From: a virus
Reading direction: 5' to 3' (one strand)
DNA length: 64,000 bases
Virus record (IMG/VR): IMGVR_UViG_3300020438_004435
The notes beneath the pieces are model-generated. The model searched no databases and was not told where the DNA came from. It saw only the letters and a program-made list of their open reading frames with translations. Position numbers and translations under genes: made by a program. Of the stretch, positions 49,254-61,026 are shown in pieces (positions within the stretch are counted from its first letter, which is position 1; the number at the start of each line of letters is the position of its first letter).

Positions 49254-49631
49254 TTATTTCCACTTTTTATTTTTAACAATTTGTGCAATAATACCATATA
49301 TTGAAAGGTCTTGAAATGTATCTTTTACTGATTCAGTCTTAACCTTTGCTTCCTTACTTAATAATACTAATTGCTTTAATCGTTGAATCTTATCATTCAT
49401 TCTGAACCATAAACCTGTTAATGCTACCTTTTCTTCTTCCGGAGTATCAAGATTGGATCCTACCGATATATTTCCTTTACCATAATCTAACATCTTACGA
49501 GCAAATAAATGAAATTGTTCTCTCGATATTTGTTCATATGCTTTATGAATATCAGGATACCTGTCCTGTAATTCCTGTATATCATTACAATAAGTTTTTT
49601 CTGCTGTAAAATCGCGTTCGTCTATTTTCAT
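49254..49631 (-). CDS. DUF1599 / nucleotide-modification-associated domain protein
   Basis: KMLDYG..RMNDKIQRL..ESVKDTFQDLSIYGII. Confidence 0.7.
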   Translation of the reverse strand: MKIDERDFTAEKTYCNDIQELQDRYPDIHKAYEQISREQFHLFARKMLDYGKGNISVGSNLDTPEEEKVALTGLWFRMNDKIQRLKQLVLLSKEAKVKTESVKDTFQDLSIYGIIAQIVKNKKWK

Positions 49632-50092
49632 TTCAATAACTTTTTTATTTCCTTTTTTGTTTTACCATATGCTTGTAAAATTTCCTCAAGTCTTTTTAAT
49701 CCTTCTGAAAAATGCATATGCATCTCTATTCGCTGGATTGCTTCCTGACGTCCTATTTCATGATGTTTGGTTAGTATATCAATCAATTCCGGATTAAATT
49801 TATCCACCTTTTTCCCTTTGATGTATTTAGCAAAAAGTTTTTGTTTTGGTAAAATATCACTCATCAATACGTAGTGTGTTTTTTTATCTAACGTATAGTA
49901 TTTTTGAATAAGATTCATTATACCAATTAATTCCTCTTTCATACTAAGGAAACGATGAATCATATATGGGTTATATACCTTCCAATCATTTTCAGTATAT
50001 GTATTTATATCCGTTTTCTTAAAGGATATATCTGCTATACAATCAAATATGCCTTTACTCTTCATTACCCGCTGGTGGTAAAAATTGTTCAT
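49628..50092 (-). CDS. Clamp-loader small subunit (T4 gp62-like)
   Basis: YNPYMIHRFLS..ILPKQKLFAKYIK; near the gp44-like gene. Confidence 0.7.
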   Translation of the reverse strand: MNNFYHQRVMKSKGIFDCIADISFKKTDINTYTENDWKVYNPYMIHRFLSMKEELIGIMNLIQKYYTLDKKTHYVLMSDILPKQKLFAKYIKGKKVDKFNPELIDILTKHHEIGRQEAIQRIEMHMHFSEGLKRLEEILQAYGKTKKEIKKLLK

Positions 50093-50330
50093 TTACATGG
50101 CCACATGCATTACATGCAAATACCTGAACTGGAATCATTGATTCCTGGCCATTTGGTGACATTACTGCTGATAATTTTTTGAACATCATCAATTGTGTAA
50201 AATAGTGGTGACCACATTTATCACATGATACATCCGTTGTATCCTTCAATGCTATTTTTACCTGCATATCATTTGTATTAAGTCCTTGATTATCTCTTGT
50301 AGGTCCTGAATTACCTTTAACTACTCTCAT
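50055..50330 (-). CDS. Zinc-ribbon protein
   Basis: CDKCG and CNACG. Confidence 0.65.
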   Translation of the reverse strand: MRVVKGNSGPTRDNQGLNTNDMQVKIALKDTTDVSCDKCGHHYFTQLMMFKKLSAVMSPNGQESMIPVQVFACNACGHVNEQFLPPAGNEE

Positions 50331-50339
50331 TATATTCTC

Positions 50340-50594
50340 CTATTTTGATTTATATTTAATACCTTCCGATATCATTTTGTTAGCCTCTGCTTCGGCTGCC
50401 ATAACACTTTTGAAACTTCCTGTCATAACATGCTTACCATGATAAACAAATACCTCGGTACTTCCAGCTATCTTTGTCATCTCACCACGCATATTCTTTT
50501 GCCACCTGCCTAGTACAACCTTTTGTCTTATATCAAGATAACCTACACCTTTAATATAATTTCCATATTTACTTCTATTTTTATTCTTTGACAT
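50340..50594 (-). CDS. Hypothetical protein
   Basis: 84 aa, basic. Confidence 0.55.
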   Translation of the reverse strand: MSKNKNRSKYGNYIKGVGYLDIRQKVVLGRWQKNMRGEMTKIAGSTEVFVYHGKHVMTGSFKSVMAAEAEANKMISEGIKYKSK

Positions 50595-50595
50595 T

Positions 50596-51519
50596 TTAAT
50601 TCTCCAATGCTGTAATTATTTTACTAAACATAGCCATTATGTTTATTTCTTTGTCTACCACAAAAGTATCTTGGTATTGTGCTTCAGCTATAATAACTAT
50701 ACAATTTGATACCTTCGCACCTGCATATTCATCAATATTATCAAATAAAAATTTATATAAATCCTCAAAGGTTTTTACTTGACTGTCTGCAATTATTTGT
50801 CTTATTGTATTAAATTTCCTGGATCCTTTCAATTCATCCAAAACCTTATTCATATAATCTACTTCTAATAAGGATGCTTTATCAATGACCAATCTACCAT
50901 CTACTATTTGTCTTTGCAGACCATTTATAGCTCTACGTATATCTGGATATGTAGATTGTACAATTTGAACTAATGCTGGTGCATATCCAGGCCCATTTCC
51001 AACTAACTCTTCATCACATATATACTTTAATCGCATTGCAACATCCTTTTGTGAAGGAGGTGTAACGCCAAATACTTGACATCTACTTTGTATAGGATCG
51101 ATGATCTTCTCTACATAATTACATGTTAATATAAATCTTGTTGTTTTCGAAAACGTCTCCATTAAATTTCGTAATGCTGCTTGAGCATTAGGAGTTAGAT
51201 AATCAGCTTCATCTAATATAATAACCTTATATTTTCTAAATCCTATAGAGCTTGCAAAATCCCTAATCTTGGTTCTAACGGTTTCCACATTATTCTCATC
51301 AGATGCGTTAATATACATATGATCACAATCTATGTTATTTATAACTATCTTAGCAAGGGTTGTCTTACCAGTCCCTGCTCTCCCATAAAGTAGAAGATGG
51401 GGAATATCCCCTCCTTCTATATATGTTTTCATCTTACCAACTATTACATCGTTACCGATATAACCTTCTAATGTATCAGGTCTATACTTCTCAACCCATA
51501 ATGTGTTTTCTTGCTTCAT
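50596..51519 (-). CDS. Clamp-loader AAA+ subunit (T4 gp44/RFC-like)
   Basis: LWVEKYRP; GRAGTGKTT; NASDE; ILDEAD; SRC. Confidence 0.93.
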   Translation of the reverse strand: MKQENTLWVEKYRPDTLEGYIGNDVIVGKMKTYIEGGDIPHLLLYGRAGTGKTTLAKIVINNIDCDHMYINASDENNVETVRTKIRDFASSIGFRKYKVIILDEADYLTPNAQAALRNLMETFSKTTRFILTCNYVEKIIDPIQSRCQVFGVTPPSQKDVAMRLKYICDEELVGNGPGYAPALVQIVQSTYPDIRRAINGLQRQIVDGRLVIDKASLLEVDYMNKVLDELKGSRKFNTIRQIIADSQVKTFEDLYKFLFDNIDEYAGAKVSNCIVIIAEAQYQDTFVVDKEINIMAMFSKIITALEN

Positions 51520-51524
51520 ATATT

Positions 51525-51535
51525 AATATACAAAA
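51525..51535 (-). promoter_or_regulatory. TTTTGTATATT motif
   Basis: 6 nt upstream of the clamp-loader ATG. Confidence 0.5.
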
Positions 51536-51536
51536 A

Positions 51537-51758
51537 TTATTTTGTTTCTTCAACTTTTTTAGGTAAAAGTTCTGATAAGGTTTGAAGCTTTCCATCTGCA
51601 TCAGCAATTGCTGCTACTAATTTTTCTGCTTCAGCTACTATATCAGGGTGTTCTCCTACTCCAGCTGAATTATTCATATAATTTGTTAAATTTGCAAATG
51701 CTGTTAATTTGTCAGCATTGAATTTTGCATTTAATGCATTTATTATTTCTGTTGTCAT
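51537..51758 (-). CDS. Small conserved phage protein (AGVGEHPDI motif)
   Basis: 73 aa, helical. Confidence 0.55.
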   Translation of the reverse strand: MTTEIINALNAKFNADKLTAFANLTNYMNNSAGVGEHPDIVAEAEKLVAAIADADGKLQTLSELLPKKVEETK

Positions 51759-51769
51759 ATTATTCTCTT

Positions 51770-53687
<1,918 letters not shown>

Positions 53688-53696
53688 AATTTTCTC

Positions 53697-54410
53697 CTAA
53701 TTTACGTTTGTTTGCACCATGTAATATTTTGATGCATATTCCTTATTCTTAAATGTTAATACAGCTAATCCATCTGCACTAACCTCCATTAGTCCTTCTT
53801 CATTATCTTTATTTGCCGCAAGAATTTCTCTAAGATATTCTGCACTAAATGAAATTGGTTGCATATCACCATCAGCTTCTGCTGATACATTAATATTAAT
53901 TCTATTACTATTATTATCTGAATGACCGAGAATAATTTGAGTAATACTATTTGATATTACAGTAAAATGCTCTGCATCACTCAAAGCATTCTTTGCCTTG
54001 ATAAATTTCATAATAAAGTCATTAGTAATTTTAATTCTTACAGTAGCTTCAGGAGTTGCTTTTAATTTAGGTGCTTTTGGTATTACATCTAAATCTGCAA
54101 GCATATAATTAAGTGCAACATCACTATCCGTAATTGTTATACCTATTGCTCTTTCATCTACCATTTTTAATTTGAGATCGATTGAATTGCCTACTACACC
54201 TAACATTTTCTGTAATTGGGATGTATTATAAATTCCTAATTCACAATCCTGCATTTGTAAATCATTTAATTTAACAACCCCTAATAATGTTTTACAACCA
54301 GATATAAATTCTGTTTGTAGACTATTATCAGAGATAGCCCATTTTACTGCTTCAATATTGTTGCCAAGTGAGTACTTTTCAACGAAACCCGTGAGTTTTT
54401 GTTTGTCCAT
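53697..54410 (-). CDS. Sliding clamp (T4 gp45-like)
   Basis: Size; GIYNTSQL; FIKAKNAL; position next to the polymerase and near the clamp loader. Confidence 0.75.
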   Translation of the reverse strand: MDKQKLTGFVEKYSLGNNIEAVKWAISDNSLQTEFISGCKTLLGVVKLNDLQMQDCELGIYNTSQLQKMLGVVGNSIDLKLKMVDERAIGITITDSDVALNYMLADLDVIPKAPKLKATPEATVRIKITNDFIMKFIKAKNALSDAEHFTVISNSITQIILGHSDNNSNRININVSAEADGDMQPISFSAEYLREILAANKDNEEGLMEVSADGLAVLTFKNKEYASKYYMVQTNVN

Positions 54411-54436
54411 TCGTAACCTTTTTAATTTTTGTTATA

Positions 54437-54451
54437 TATAAATATACAAAA
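54437..54451 (-). promoter_or_regulatory. Overlapping TTTTGTATATT and TATTTATA motifs upstream of the clamp
   Basis: Minus strand TTTTGTATATTTATA in a 47-bp gap. Confidence 0.45.
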
Positions 54452-54457
54452 AATATA

Positions 54458-57043
54458 TTAAAATTCAAAGAATTTCCGTATAATTTTTATATTTTTTTCA
54501 GGAAGATTTCCCCACTTCATTGCTATGTAAAAAGCTTCCAATTTGTTTTTCAATTCACCGTTAAAGATTTTATTATAATTTGTATACTTCCCAATAAAAT
54601 CTTTTATTTCTTCAGGATCATCATAACCCTTTAATGCACAACTTTCTATGCCTAATGGATTATCGGTGAGATATACCCATTTTATTTTATCACCATTATT
54701 AATTTTACCTGCATTCTCCTTATCATAATAGGTTAGCAAATCATTATAATTTATTGATGCCTTTACATGAGCAGGAACACCCTTAAACGATGTATTAAAT
54801 GGTTTATAGGTTCCTGATGCTGGTAAATATTTTCTAATATTTTTTACTCCTGTAGATTTGGCTATATCAACTATTGGATATGTAGGAATTGCTAATCTAA
54901 ATTCATAAATTTTATTATCTATCTCATCCTTAGGAACATTTTGTAAAATATCCATAAGAATTTCTCCAAGAAATTTCTTAAATGCTGCAGGATAATTTGA
55001 TCTTACTACGTCAATACCTTTAACATCTAATTTATTCACTACAACACCTTCGGAATTAATTATCCACTGTGCATATCTTTTTTTAGCTATCCATATACCT
55101 GACTTAGCTACAGTCTCCTGTTTAATATCAAATTTATGCGTATCAAGATTATGAAATTTTTTAGCATAAGGTGTATATGTATCATTAATATGATTTTGAA
55201 CCTCTTCAGCAATACCCAAAATCTTTTCCGTCATAATCTCATCATCAGATGTATCTATACCTGGAAATCTATGCTTAACAAGAGGTAAAGCTGAAAAGAA
55301 TACTGAGTCTGTATCTGTGTATATACAATGTTCTGTTGATGCATCCAATTCCCTATTATAATAATGATCAACTATCTTAGCCGTATTTTTAATTAATTGT
55401 TGACCTGACAATGTAATAGCTTCTGCATTATCTAAATCAAACCATCTAAATGTAGGAGATCCTAATACTCCATACATTGAATTTAGAAGAATTTTAGTAA
55501 CCCATTGTCTTTGGTGAAAGTATTCCCTTTTATCATCATCACCTGCTTGTGCATGCTTTTTCATTAAATTCTTAAAGGTCATTCTATCTTCAAACCACTT
55601 TTCCAAAATAGCTGGAATTAGGCCTTTCTTTCTTGTATTGTATATAGCCCCATTAGCTGCTATTGAATACCTATTTTCTTCCAACCAGGATCTAAGATGG
55701 CTTGTGGTTTCCCATTGAGTGTATTTGAATTTAGCATACTTATTTTTTACCTGACCCTCATATGGTCTATCTTCATTTTTAAGGAATGCCTGCAAATCAA
55801 AATCATGTATTGTAGATACCTTAGTATCTGGAGATATATTTAATGACATAATTAAAGATGGATAAAGTGATGTTAAATCTAAATCATATATCCATTCATA
55901 TCTACCAGGTTTTGGATCCATTACAAATGCACCACTATACTTAGCATCTTTTTTATTATCAAAATTCTTATTAGGCGCTACTACATTTATTGTTCTCAAA
56001 TATGTAAGGATAGCTCCTTCAAGAATCTGAGATTGTACATATATTTTTTCATATGGTACATGGCCTTTATGGCATATTGCTCTTGCTAAATCAATATATT
56101 TAAGCTTTTCATCCAACCTTTTTACTATCTCAACATCATTAAGGTTATATTCGATAAACTTATCTATATCGGTTCTAAATAAGTCATCTAATGTTCCGTC
56201 ATATTCTATCTTACCAAGATCAACCTCTATCTTACCAATAACATCCAATCTATATGATGATCTTTCATTGATTGTAAACTTTTTATATAGTGCTAAATAA
56301 TCTAATACATCAACACCCAAAAGATTATATTTTAATTCCTTATCTTGGCCACCCATCTTTGACCATTGATTTGCTTCTTTTACAATATTAATTCTACTTA
56401 ATGCATTTGCAACATCATGACCACATACTCTTGCCATCCTAGCATACAAATATGGTATATCAAAAAATTCAATATTCCAACCTGTTAAAATTGTAGGATC
56501 ATAATTCTTATAAGCTTCCATAAAGGTTTGTAATAATTCCTGTTCGGTTAAACAAGATATTATTTGAACATTATCTTTGATACTAGATTTAACCAATCTT
56601 TCAGGATCTAATATCAATACACCATATTCATTCTCACTTTTTAGCCAATAAGCTATTGATGTAATTTTATTCATAGGATTCCGAGAATTAGGAAATCCTT
56701 GTAAAATCTCTGTCTCAATATCAAAATAAAATTCCCTATGATTGGTTGATGGTTCATCTGAATGACCATATTCATCAATCAATACTCTGGTTTCTAATTG
56801 AACATCCGATTCATATATCTGACCCTTCTTTAACTCCTCGTCAGACCATCTACGAACCTGTTTAACGGCTTTACCATCTAAAGTGTATGATTTGCCTTTA
56901 GGATCTTTTTTATAGCCGTAGCGATAGTCTTTGAGCGGTCTTTTAATATAGCCATCTTCATCATCCCATATATGAGCCCAGCCCTTCGTCCAATATCCTT
57001 GCGGTGTTTGCTGAGGTCTTTCAATTGCTATATTTTGATACAT
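54458..57043 (-). CDS. Family B DNA polymerase (T4 gp43-like)
   Basis: Exo YFDIET, GWNIEFFD, YNLND; Pol DLTSLYPS, KILLNSMYG, YTDTDS; no intein evident. Confidence 0.96.
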   Translation of the reverse strand: MYQNIAIERPQQTPQGYWTKGWAHIWDDEDGYIKRPLKDYRYGYKKDPKGKSYTLDGKAVKQVRRWSDEELKKGQIYESDVQLETRVLIDEYGHSDEPSTNHREFYFDIETEILQGFPNSRNPMNKITSIAYWLKSENEYGVLILDPERLVKSSIKDNVQIISCLTEQELLQTFMEAYKNYDPTILTGWNIEFFDIPYLYARMARVCGHDVANALSRINIVKEANQWSKMGGQDKELKYNLLGVDVLDYLALYKKFTINERSSYRLDVIGKIEVDLGKIEYDGTLDDLFRTDIDKFIEYNLNDVEIVKRLDEKLKYIDLARAICHKGHVPYEKIYVQSQILEGAILTYLRTINVVAPNKNFDNKKDAKYSGAFVMDPKPGRYEWIYDLDLTSLYPSLIMSLNISPDTKVSTIHDFDLQAFLKNEDRPYEGQVKNKYAKFKYTQWETTSHLRSWLEENRYSIAANGAIYNTRKKGLIPAILEKWFEDRMTFKNLMKKHAQAGDDDKREYFHQRQWVTKILLNSMYGVLGSPTFRWFDLDNAEAITLSGQQLIKNTAKIVDHYYNRELDASTEHCIYTDTDSVFFSALPLVKHRFPGIDTSDDEIMTEKILGIAEEVQNHINDTYTPYAKKFHNLDTHKFDIKQETVAKSGIWIAKKRYAQWIINSEGVVVNKLDVKGIDVVRSNYPAAFKKFLGEILMDILQNVPKDEIDNKIYEFRLAIPTYPIVDIAKSTGVKNIRKYLPASGTYKPFNTSFKGVPAHVKASINYNDLLTYYDKENAGKINNGDKIKWVYLTDNPLGIESCALKGYDDPEEIKDFIGKYTNYNKIFNGELKNKLEAFYIAMKWGNLPEKNIKIIRKFFEF

Positions 57044-57044
57044 A

Positions 57045-57236
57045 TTATACTAATTCTTCAACTATTCCTACTGCTTCAGATACTATTAATAATGTTACTG
57101 CAACTCCAATATTCCATGGAATAAACATATAACCTATTATTCTTATTCCTGATTTAACAAAACTAATTTGCTGATGTTTTTTTGCATCTGGTAATTCCTG
57201 CTTGGTATCATTTTGTAATCCACCTGTTCTTGTCAT
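57045..57236 (-). CDS. Small membrane protein
   Basis: ISFVKSGIRIIGY plus a hydrophobic C-terminus. Confidence 0.55.
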   Translation of the reverse strand: MTRTGGLQNDTKQELPDAKKHQQISFVKSGIRIIGYMFIPWNIGVAVTLLIVSEAVGIVEELV

Positions 57237-57237
57237 A

Positions 57238-57738
57238 TTATATACTTTTTAATTCTTCGTCTGTAAAAAATTGTTTTAGATTTGGTCTGAAATAATTAAT
57301 TGATTTCATCACCTTATTATCACTACTTCTATATACCACCCATCTGTCACCAACCTTTTCATAATGACAAGGATGGCCTTTTTCTTCTGATCTTAAAGCA
57401 ACAGTTGCCTTTGCTTCACTTTCTGTAGCACATGATTTAGACATATTTGAAGCTTGTACCTCTTTATATGCTGGTTCTATTCTATCTTTAAGACCATGCA
57501 ACATAGCTCCATTTCCTAATGATACATAAGTAATATCCGCTAATGCATCTAATACTTCTACTATATCACCCTTTTCACATGCTTCTTTATATTCCGCTAA
57601 TTCTTCCATAATAAAATCATATACAAACATCCATTCCTTTTTATCTGGAATATTAGGTGTATAATTATTTGGTTTGCCGAATGTAGCATTAAATTCCTCT
57701 ACCTCACTTATAAATGGTACTTTTTTATTATCTTTCAT
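57238..57738 (-). CDS. MazG-like/all-alpha NTP pyrophosphohydrolase
   Basis: FIMEELAEY..EVLDALADITY..EVQASNMSK. Confidence 0.85.
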   Translation of the reverse strand: MKDNKKVPFISEVEEFNATFGKPNNYTPNIPDKKEWMFVYDFIMEELAEYKEACEKGDIVEVLDALADITYVSLGNGAMLHGLKDRIEPAYKEVQASNMSKSCATESEAKATVALRSEEKGHPCHYEKVGDRWVVYRSSDNKVMKSINYFRPNLKQFFTDEELKSI

Positions 57739-57739
57739 T

Positions 57740-58390
57740 TTATAATCCTCCTATAAATTCATAAAACTCTGAACGAGCTAAATTATTATTATCCATAAAT
57801 ACACCAGACATCTTTGCTGTCTTCATTGTTGAATCGTGCTTTACACCTCTTACACATGCACACATATGTCCAGCTTCTACCATAACAGCTACACCTATAT
57901 TTCCACCTGTAACCTTATTTATATGATCATGGATTTGCATTGTTAAATTTTCCTGCACTTGCGGTCTTCTTGCATAAAATTCCGCAATTCTATTTAATTT
58001 ACTCAATCCAATAATTTGACCATCCTTTGAAGGAATATAAGCTACATGAGCCTTGCCTATAAATGGTTGATGATGATGAGAACATAATGAATGTATTTTA
58101 ATATTACCTTGAAATACCATACCATCATACTTATCCACATTATCAAATGCTGTAATTTTAGGTTCATTATTATAACATCCTTCAGCTATATCATTTACCC
58201 AAGCTTTAGCTACTCTCATAGGAGTATCATTTGAATTAGGATCATTTCTCCAATCAAATCCTAAAGCATCCATATATTTGGAATATGCTTTAGCTGCTTT
58301 CTTAATTAACCTTTCTTGTTGTTTCGGTGTTAATGGTAAATTACCATTTGCATATTTTAATTTCTCAGTCATTTGTTTTCCCTTTTGCAT
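57740..58390 (-). CDS. folE: GTP cyclohydrolase I
   Basis: DTPMRVAK; [10 protein letters not shown]; GLSKLNRI; RPQVQENLT; HMCACVRGV. Confidence 0.95.
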   Translation of the reverse strand: MQKGKQMTEKLKYANGNLPLTPKQQERLIKKAAKAYSKYMDALGFDWRNDPNSNDTPMRVAKAWVNDIAEGCYNNEPKITAFDNVDKYDGMVFQGNIKIHSLCSHHHQPFIGKAHVAYIPSKDGQIIGLSKLNRIAEFYARRPQVQENLTMQIHDHINKVTGGNIGVAVMVEAGHMCACVRGVKHDSTMKTAKMSGVFMDNNNLARSEFYEFIGGL

Positions 58391-58883
58391 AAATATTTTC
58401 TAAATTTCTACTTAACCCTAAATCATCTAATCCATATCCTACTACCCATTCATCATTTATCTCAAATCCATATAAATCAATTGGATGTGTATTATCTTTT
58501 CTTTTTAATAAAGATACTATACTAATTCTATTTGGTAATTGTTGATTAAAATGAATAACTAATTCCTTCATTGTATTTCCTGTATCTATTATATCATCTA
58601 TAATATACAAATTTTTTCCCAATAAATCAACTTCTACATCACTTTTTATTTGAACTCCTGAAGAATTATCTTTACCGATATATGATTTTGCTCTTATGAA
58701 ATCAATCTCACATAATCCATTATACTCTGATACTAAATCTGTAAAGAATTTATAAGCTCCATTTAATACACATATAAACACTGGTGGTAAACCATTATCA
58801 TATTTAGTAGTGTGTTGTTCTAATTGTTCAGCCATTATCTTGATACGATCGGCTAATTGAGGTTTATCTATTAATATGTCCAT
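58365..58883 (-). CDS. hpt: Hypoxanthine/guanine phosphoribosyltransferase
   Basis: [13 protein letters not shown]; [11 protein letters not shown]; [11 protein letters not shown]. Confidence 0.9.
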   Translation of the reverse strand: MDILIDKPQLADRIKIMAEQLEQHTTKYDNGLPPVFICVLNGAYKFFTDLVSEYNGLCEIDFIRAKSYIGKDNSSGVQIKSDVEVDLLGKNLYIIDDIIDTGNTMKELVIHFNQQLPNRISIVSLLKRKDNTHPIDLYGFEINDEWVVGYGLDDLGLSRNLENIYAKGKTND

Positions 58884-59323
58884 TTAATAATATCTTTGAA
58901 TCGTTCATCTTTTGCGTCTATCCTACATAATCCACCATTCAATGGACCAATACAACAATTTATGGATGCTATTACCTTTCTCATATCCGGCAAGCTATAC
59001 CAGCATGCTACATTATTTTTTATATCTACGTGGTATATTCTATCGGATTTTGATTTCCAAAACCACCCAGGACTGTAATCCTTTTCAAATTCAAGATAAA
59101 AATGTCCATCATTTAGATTACCCTTACTATCTAGATAATATGCATTATACCAGCTATCTTTTTTAATACCGAAATCTATTCCATCTGTCTGCGCTTTCCA
59201 ATCTTCTCTTAGATCAATAACTTCATCATAAACCGTATTTAATTTATTAAATAGCCATTCCTCTGCTTTACCACCTTTTAATCCTGATACACCAAATTTC
59301 TTGGTTAATTGTTCTGTACTCAT
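58871..59323 (-). CDS. PD-(D/E)XK restriction-endonuclease-like protein
   Basis: GGKAEE..GIDF..LDSK..FYLE..GWFWKSKSD pattern. Confidence 0.5.
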   Translation of the reverse strand: MSTEQLTKKFGVSGLKGGKAEEWLFNKLNTVYDEVIDLREDWKAQTDGIDFGIKKDSWYNAYYLDSKGNLNDGHFYLEFEKDYSPGWFWKSKSDRIYHVDIKNNVACWYSLPDMRKVIASINCCIGPLNGGLCRIDAKDERFKDIIKWTY

Positions 59324-59329
59324 ATTTTA

Positions 59330-59482
59330 TTATTTTTGTTGTTTATCATATTCATGTATTGCTATTCTTAATTTTGTAATCAGATCCTTTATATCCAACG
59401 GATCCATGGTTACCGCACAACAGGTATCTTCCACCTGATCTTCGATTTCCTTTAATATAGCATATATTTCCTTTATTGTCAT
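59330..59482 (-). CDS. 50-aa hypothetical protein (below the ORF-track cutoff)
   Basis: MTIKEIYAILKEIEDQVEDTCCAVTMDPLDIKDLITKLRIAIHEYDKQQK; TAATG-coupled to queE. Confidence 0.65.
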   Translation of the reverse strand: MTIKEIYAILKEIEDQVEDTCCAVTMDPLDIKDLITKLRIAIHEYDKQQK

Positions 59483-60255
59483 TATACACCACGATCTGTA
59501 TCATATGCTATAATATGATCCCTACCTGTCATATTATATCCATGTTCTGCAACCATTTCAAATACTAATGGATACATTTTAACTAATGTCTCTCTAGTAT
59601 CACCAGCTGGCATAACATAGGTCTTATCTTTTGGTATATCCAATTCAATTCTATAATCCTCAATTTCCTTAAGATTTTCCTCTGTGCCATCCCATACAGG
59701 CTTGAAATGATAATCCTTATGATATGACATCATTTGTTTTATTGCTTCCGTATTTTGTCTAAGTCTATTATGAGTCTTTATCATTTTTTCATCCACCACC
59801 TTACCTGCTGGAGTAATAGCTCCTATTACTGGAACACTATTACTAAATTTAGGACTGATAGATAATAGATCTAATGGATAATCTGTTTCTACAAATTTAC
59901 TTCCCTCTGTTTCTATAGTAACTATAATACCTCTTTCATTAGCAAAATGTGTTATTTCATTCACCAATGCTGGATGCATGGTAGGAGATCCTCCTGTTAA
60001 CATCATTTCCTTTACCTGAGGGTTCTCATCATAAATTTTAATAATATCATTAAAGCTGAATGTTCCCTTTTCTGGGTGTATTGATGTATACCATGAATCA
60101 CACCATCCTCCATCACCAAAATAACATCTATGAGTACAACCTGTTGTCCTTACGGCAATTGTTGGCCTTCCAAATCTACTTCCTTCTGATTGTACACATC
60201 TATATACTTCTAATATAGGTAATACTTTATTATAATCTTCTATTCTTTTACGCAT
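59482..60255 (-). CDS. queE: 7-carboxy-7-deazaguanine synthase (radical SAM)
   Basis: VQSEG; RTTGCTHRCYFGDGGWCD; LTGGSP; IETEG; SISPK. Confidence 0.9.
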   Translation of the reverse strand: MRKRIEDYNKVLPILEVYRCVQSEGSRFGRPTIAVRTTGCTHRCYFGDGGWCDSWYTSIHPEKGTFSFNDIIKIYDENPQVKEMMLTGGSPTMHPALVNEITHFANERGIIVTIETEGSKFVETDYPLDLLSISPKFSNSVPVIGAITPAGKVVDEKMIKTHNRLRQNTEAIKQMMSYHKDYHFKPVWDGTEENLKEIEDYRIELDIPKDKTYVMPAGDTRETLVKMYPLVFEMVAEHGYNMTGRDHIIAYDTDRGV

Positions 60256-61024
60256 GAGACTCTAATAATTTTTCTACATGATCCTTTGCTGTTTCCCAAC
60301 CATCAATATATTCCACAGGATCCTTTCTGTTTAATTTTAAGAATGCTTCAATTCTTTCTACCGATGATGCTGATTTATAATCTGATCTTCCCTCTGCATC
60401 AGGTTTATATGATGTATTTGTTCTTTTATAAACCTCATCAAAATCTAATCCTAATACAGCGCAAGCTGCTTCACCATCAACTAATATACCATATTTATCA
60501 TCCTCCAAATATGGTGTAATATATTTTACTTTATCAGCATCCCAATTACCCTGCTTGAATGCTTCATAATCTGCGTCTCTAAATTCCTGTCTACAATCAG
60601 GATAAATAGCATGATCGCCTGCATGTATACCCATTGCTATTTTTACTTCACAATCATTTTGTTGAGCTATAGATAATGCTACTGCTTGAATGATAGATGA
60701 GAATATTTTATTTCTGTTAGGAACAACGGTATCTTTCATATTGTCCTCTTCATAATGACCTTCAGGTACCTCTTCACCGCCTTTTACAAGATTTGAATCT
60801 AATAATCCAACCAATCCTTGTAATGTTATTCTTTGATATTTTACAGAATGACCATTTCTATCTAAATACTCTATTAATTCCGCTGCTCTTTCTAATTCTA
60901 CATTATGCTTTTGACCGTAATCAAAACTTAATGCTGTTACTTCATAGCCATGTGCCAATAAATGTAACAATACTGTACTACTGTCCATTCCACCTGATAA
61001 AGATAATACTGCTTGTTTTTTCAT
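60248..61024 (-). CDS. queC: 7-cyano-7-deazaguanine synthase
   Basis: LSGGMDSS; FDYGQKH; VVPNRN; GIHAGDH..YPDCR. Confidence 0.92.
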   Translation of the reverse strand: MKKQAVLSLSGGMDSSTVLLHLLAHGYEVTALSFDYGQKHNVELERAAELIEYLDRNGHSVKYQRITLQGLVGLLDSNLVKGGEEVPEGHYEEDNMKDTVVPNRNKIFSSIIQAVALSIAQQNDCEVKIAMGIHAGDHAIYPDCRQEFRDADYEAFKQGNWDADKVKYITPYLEDDKYGILVDGEAACAVLGLDFDEVYKRTNTSYKPDAEGRSDYKSASSVERIEAFLKLNRKDPVEYIDGWETAKDHVEKLLESHA

Positions 61025-61026
61025 AT

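Noticed and set aside
54458-57043. Intein or intron in the DNA polymerase
   Set aside because: 861 aa is ordinary for the family, motifs are in normal order, and no intein termini or LAGLIDADG motif were seen
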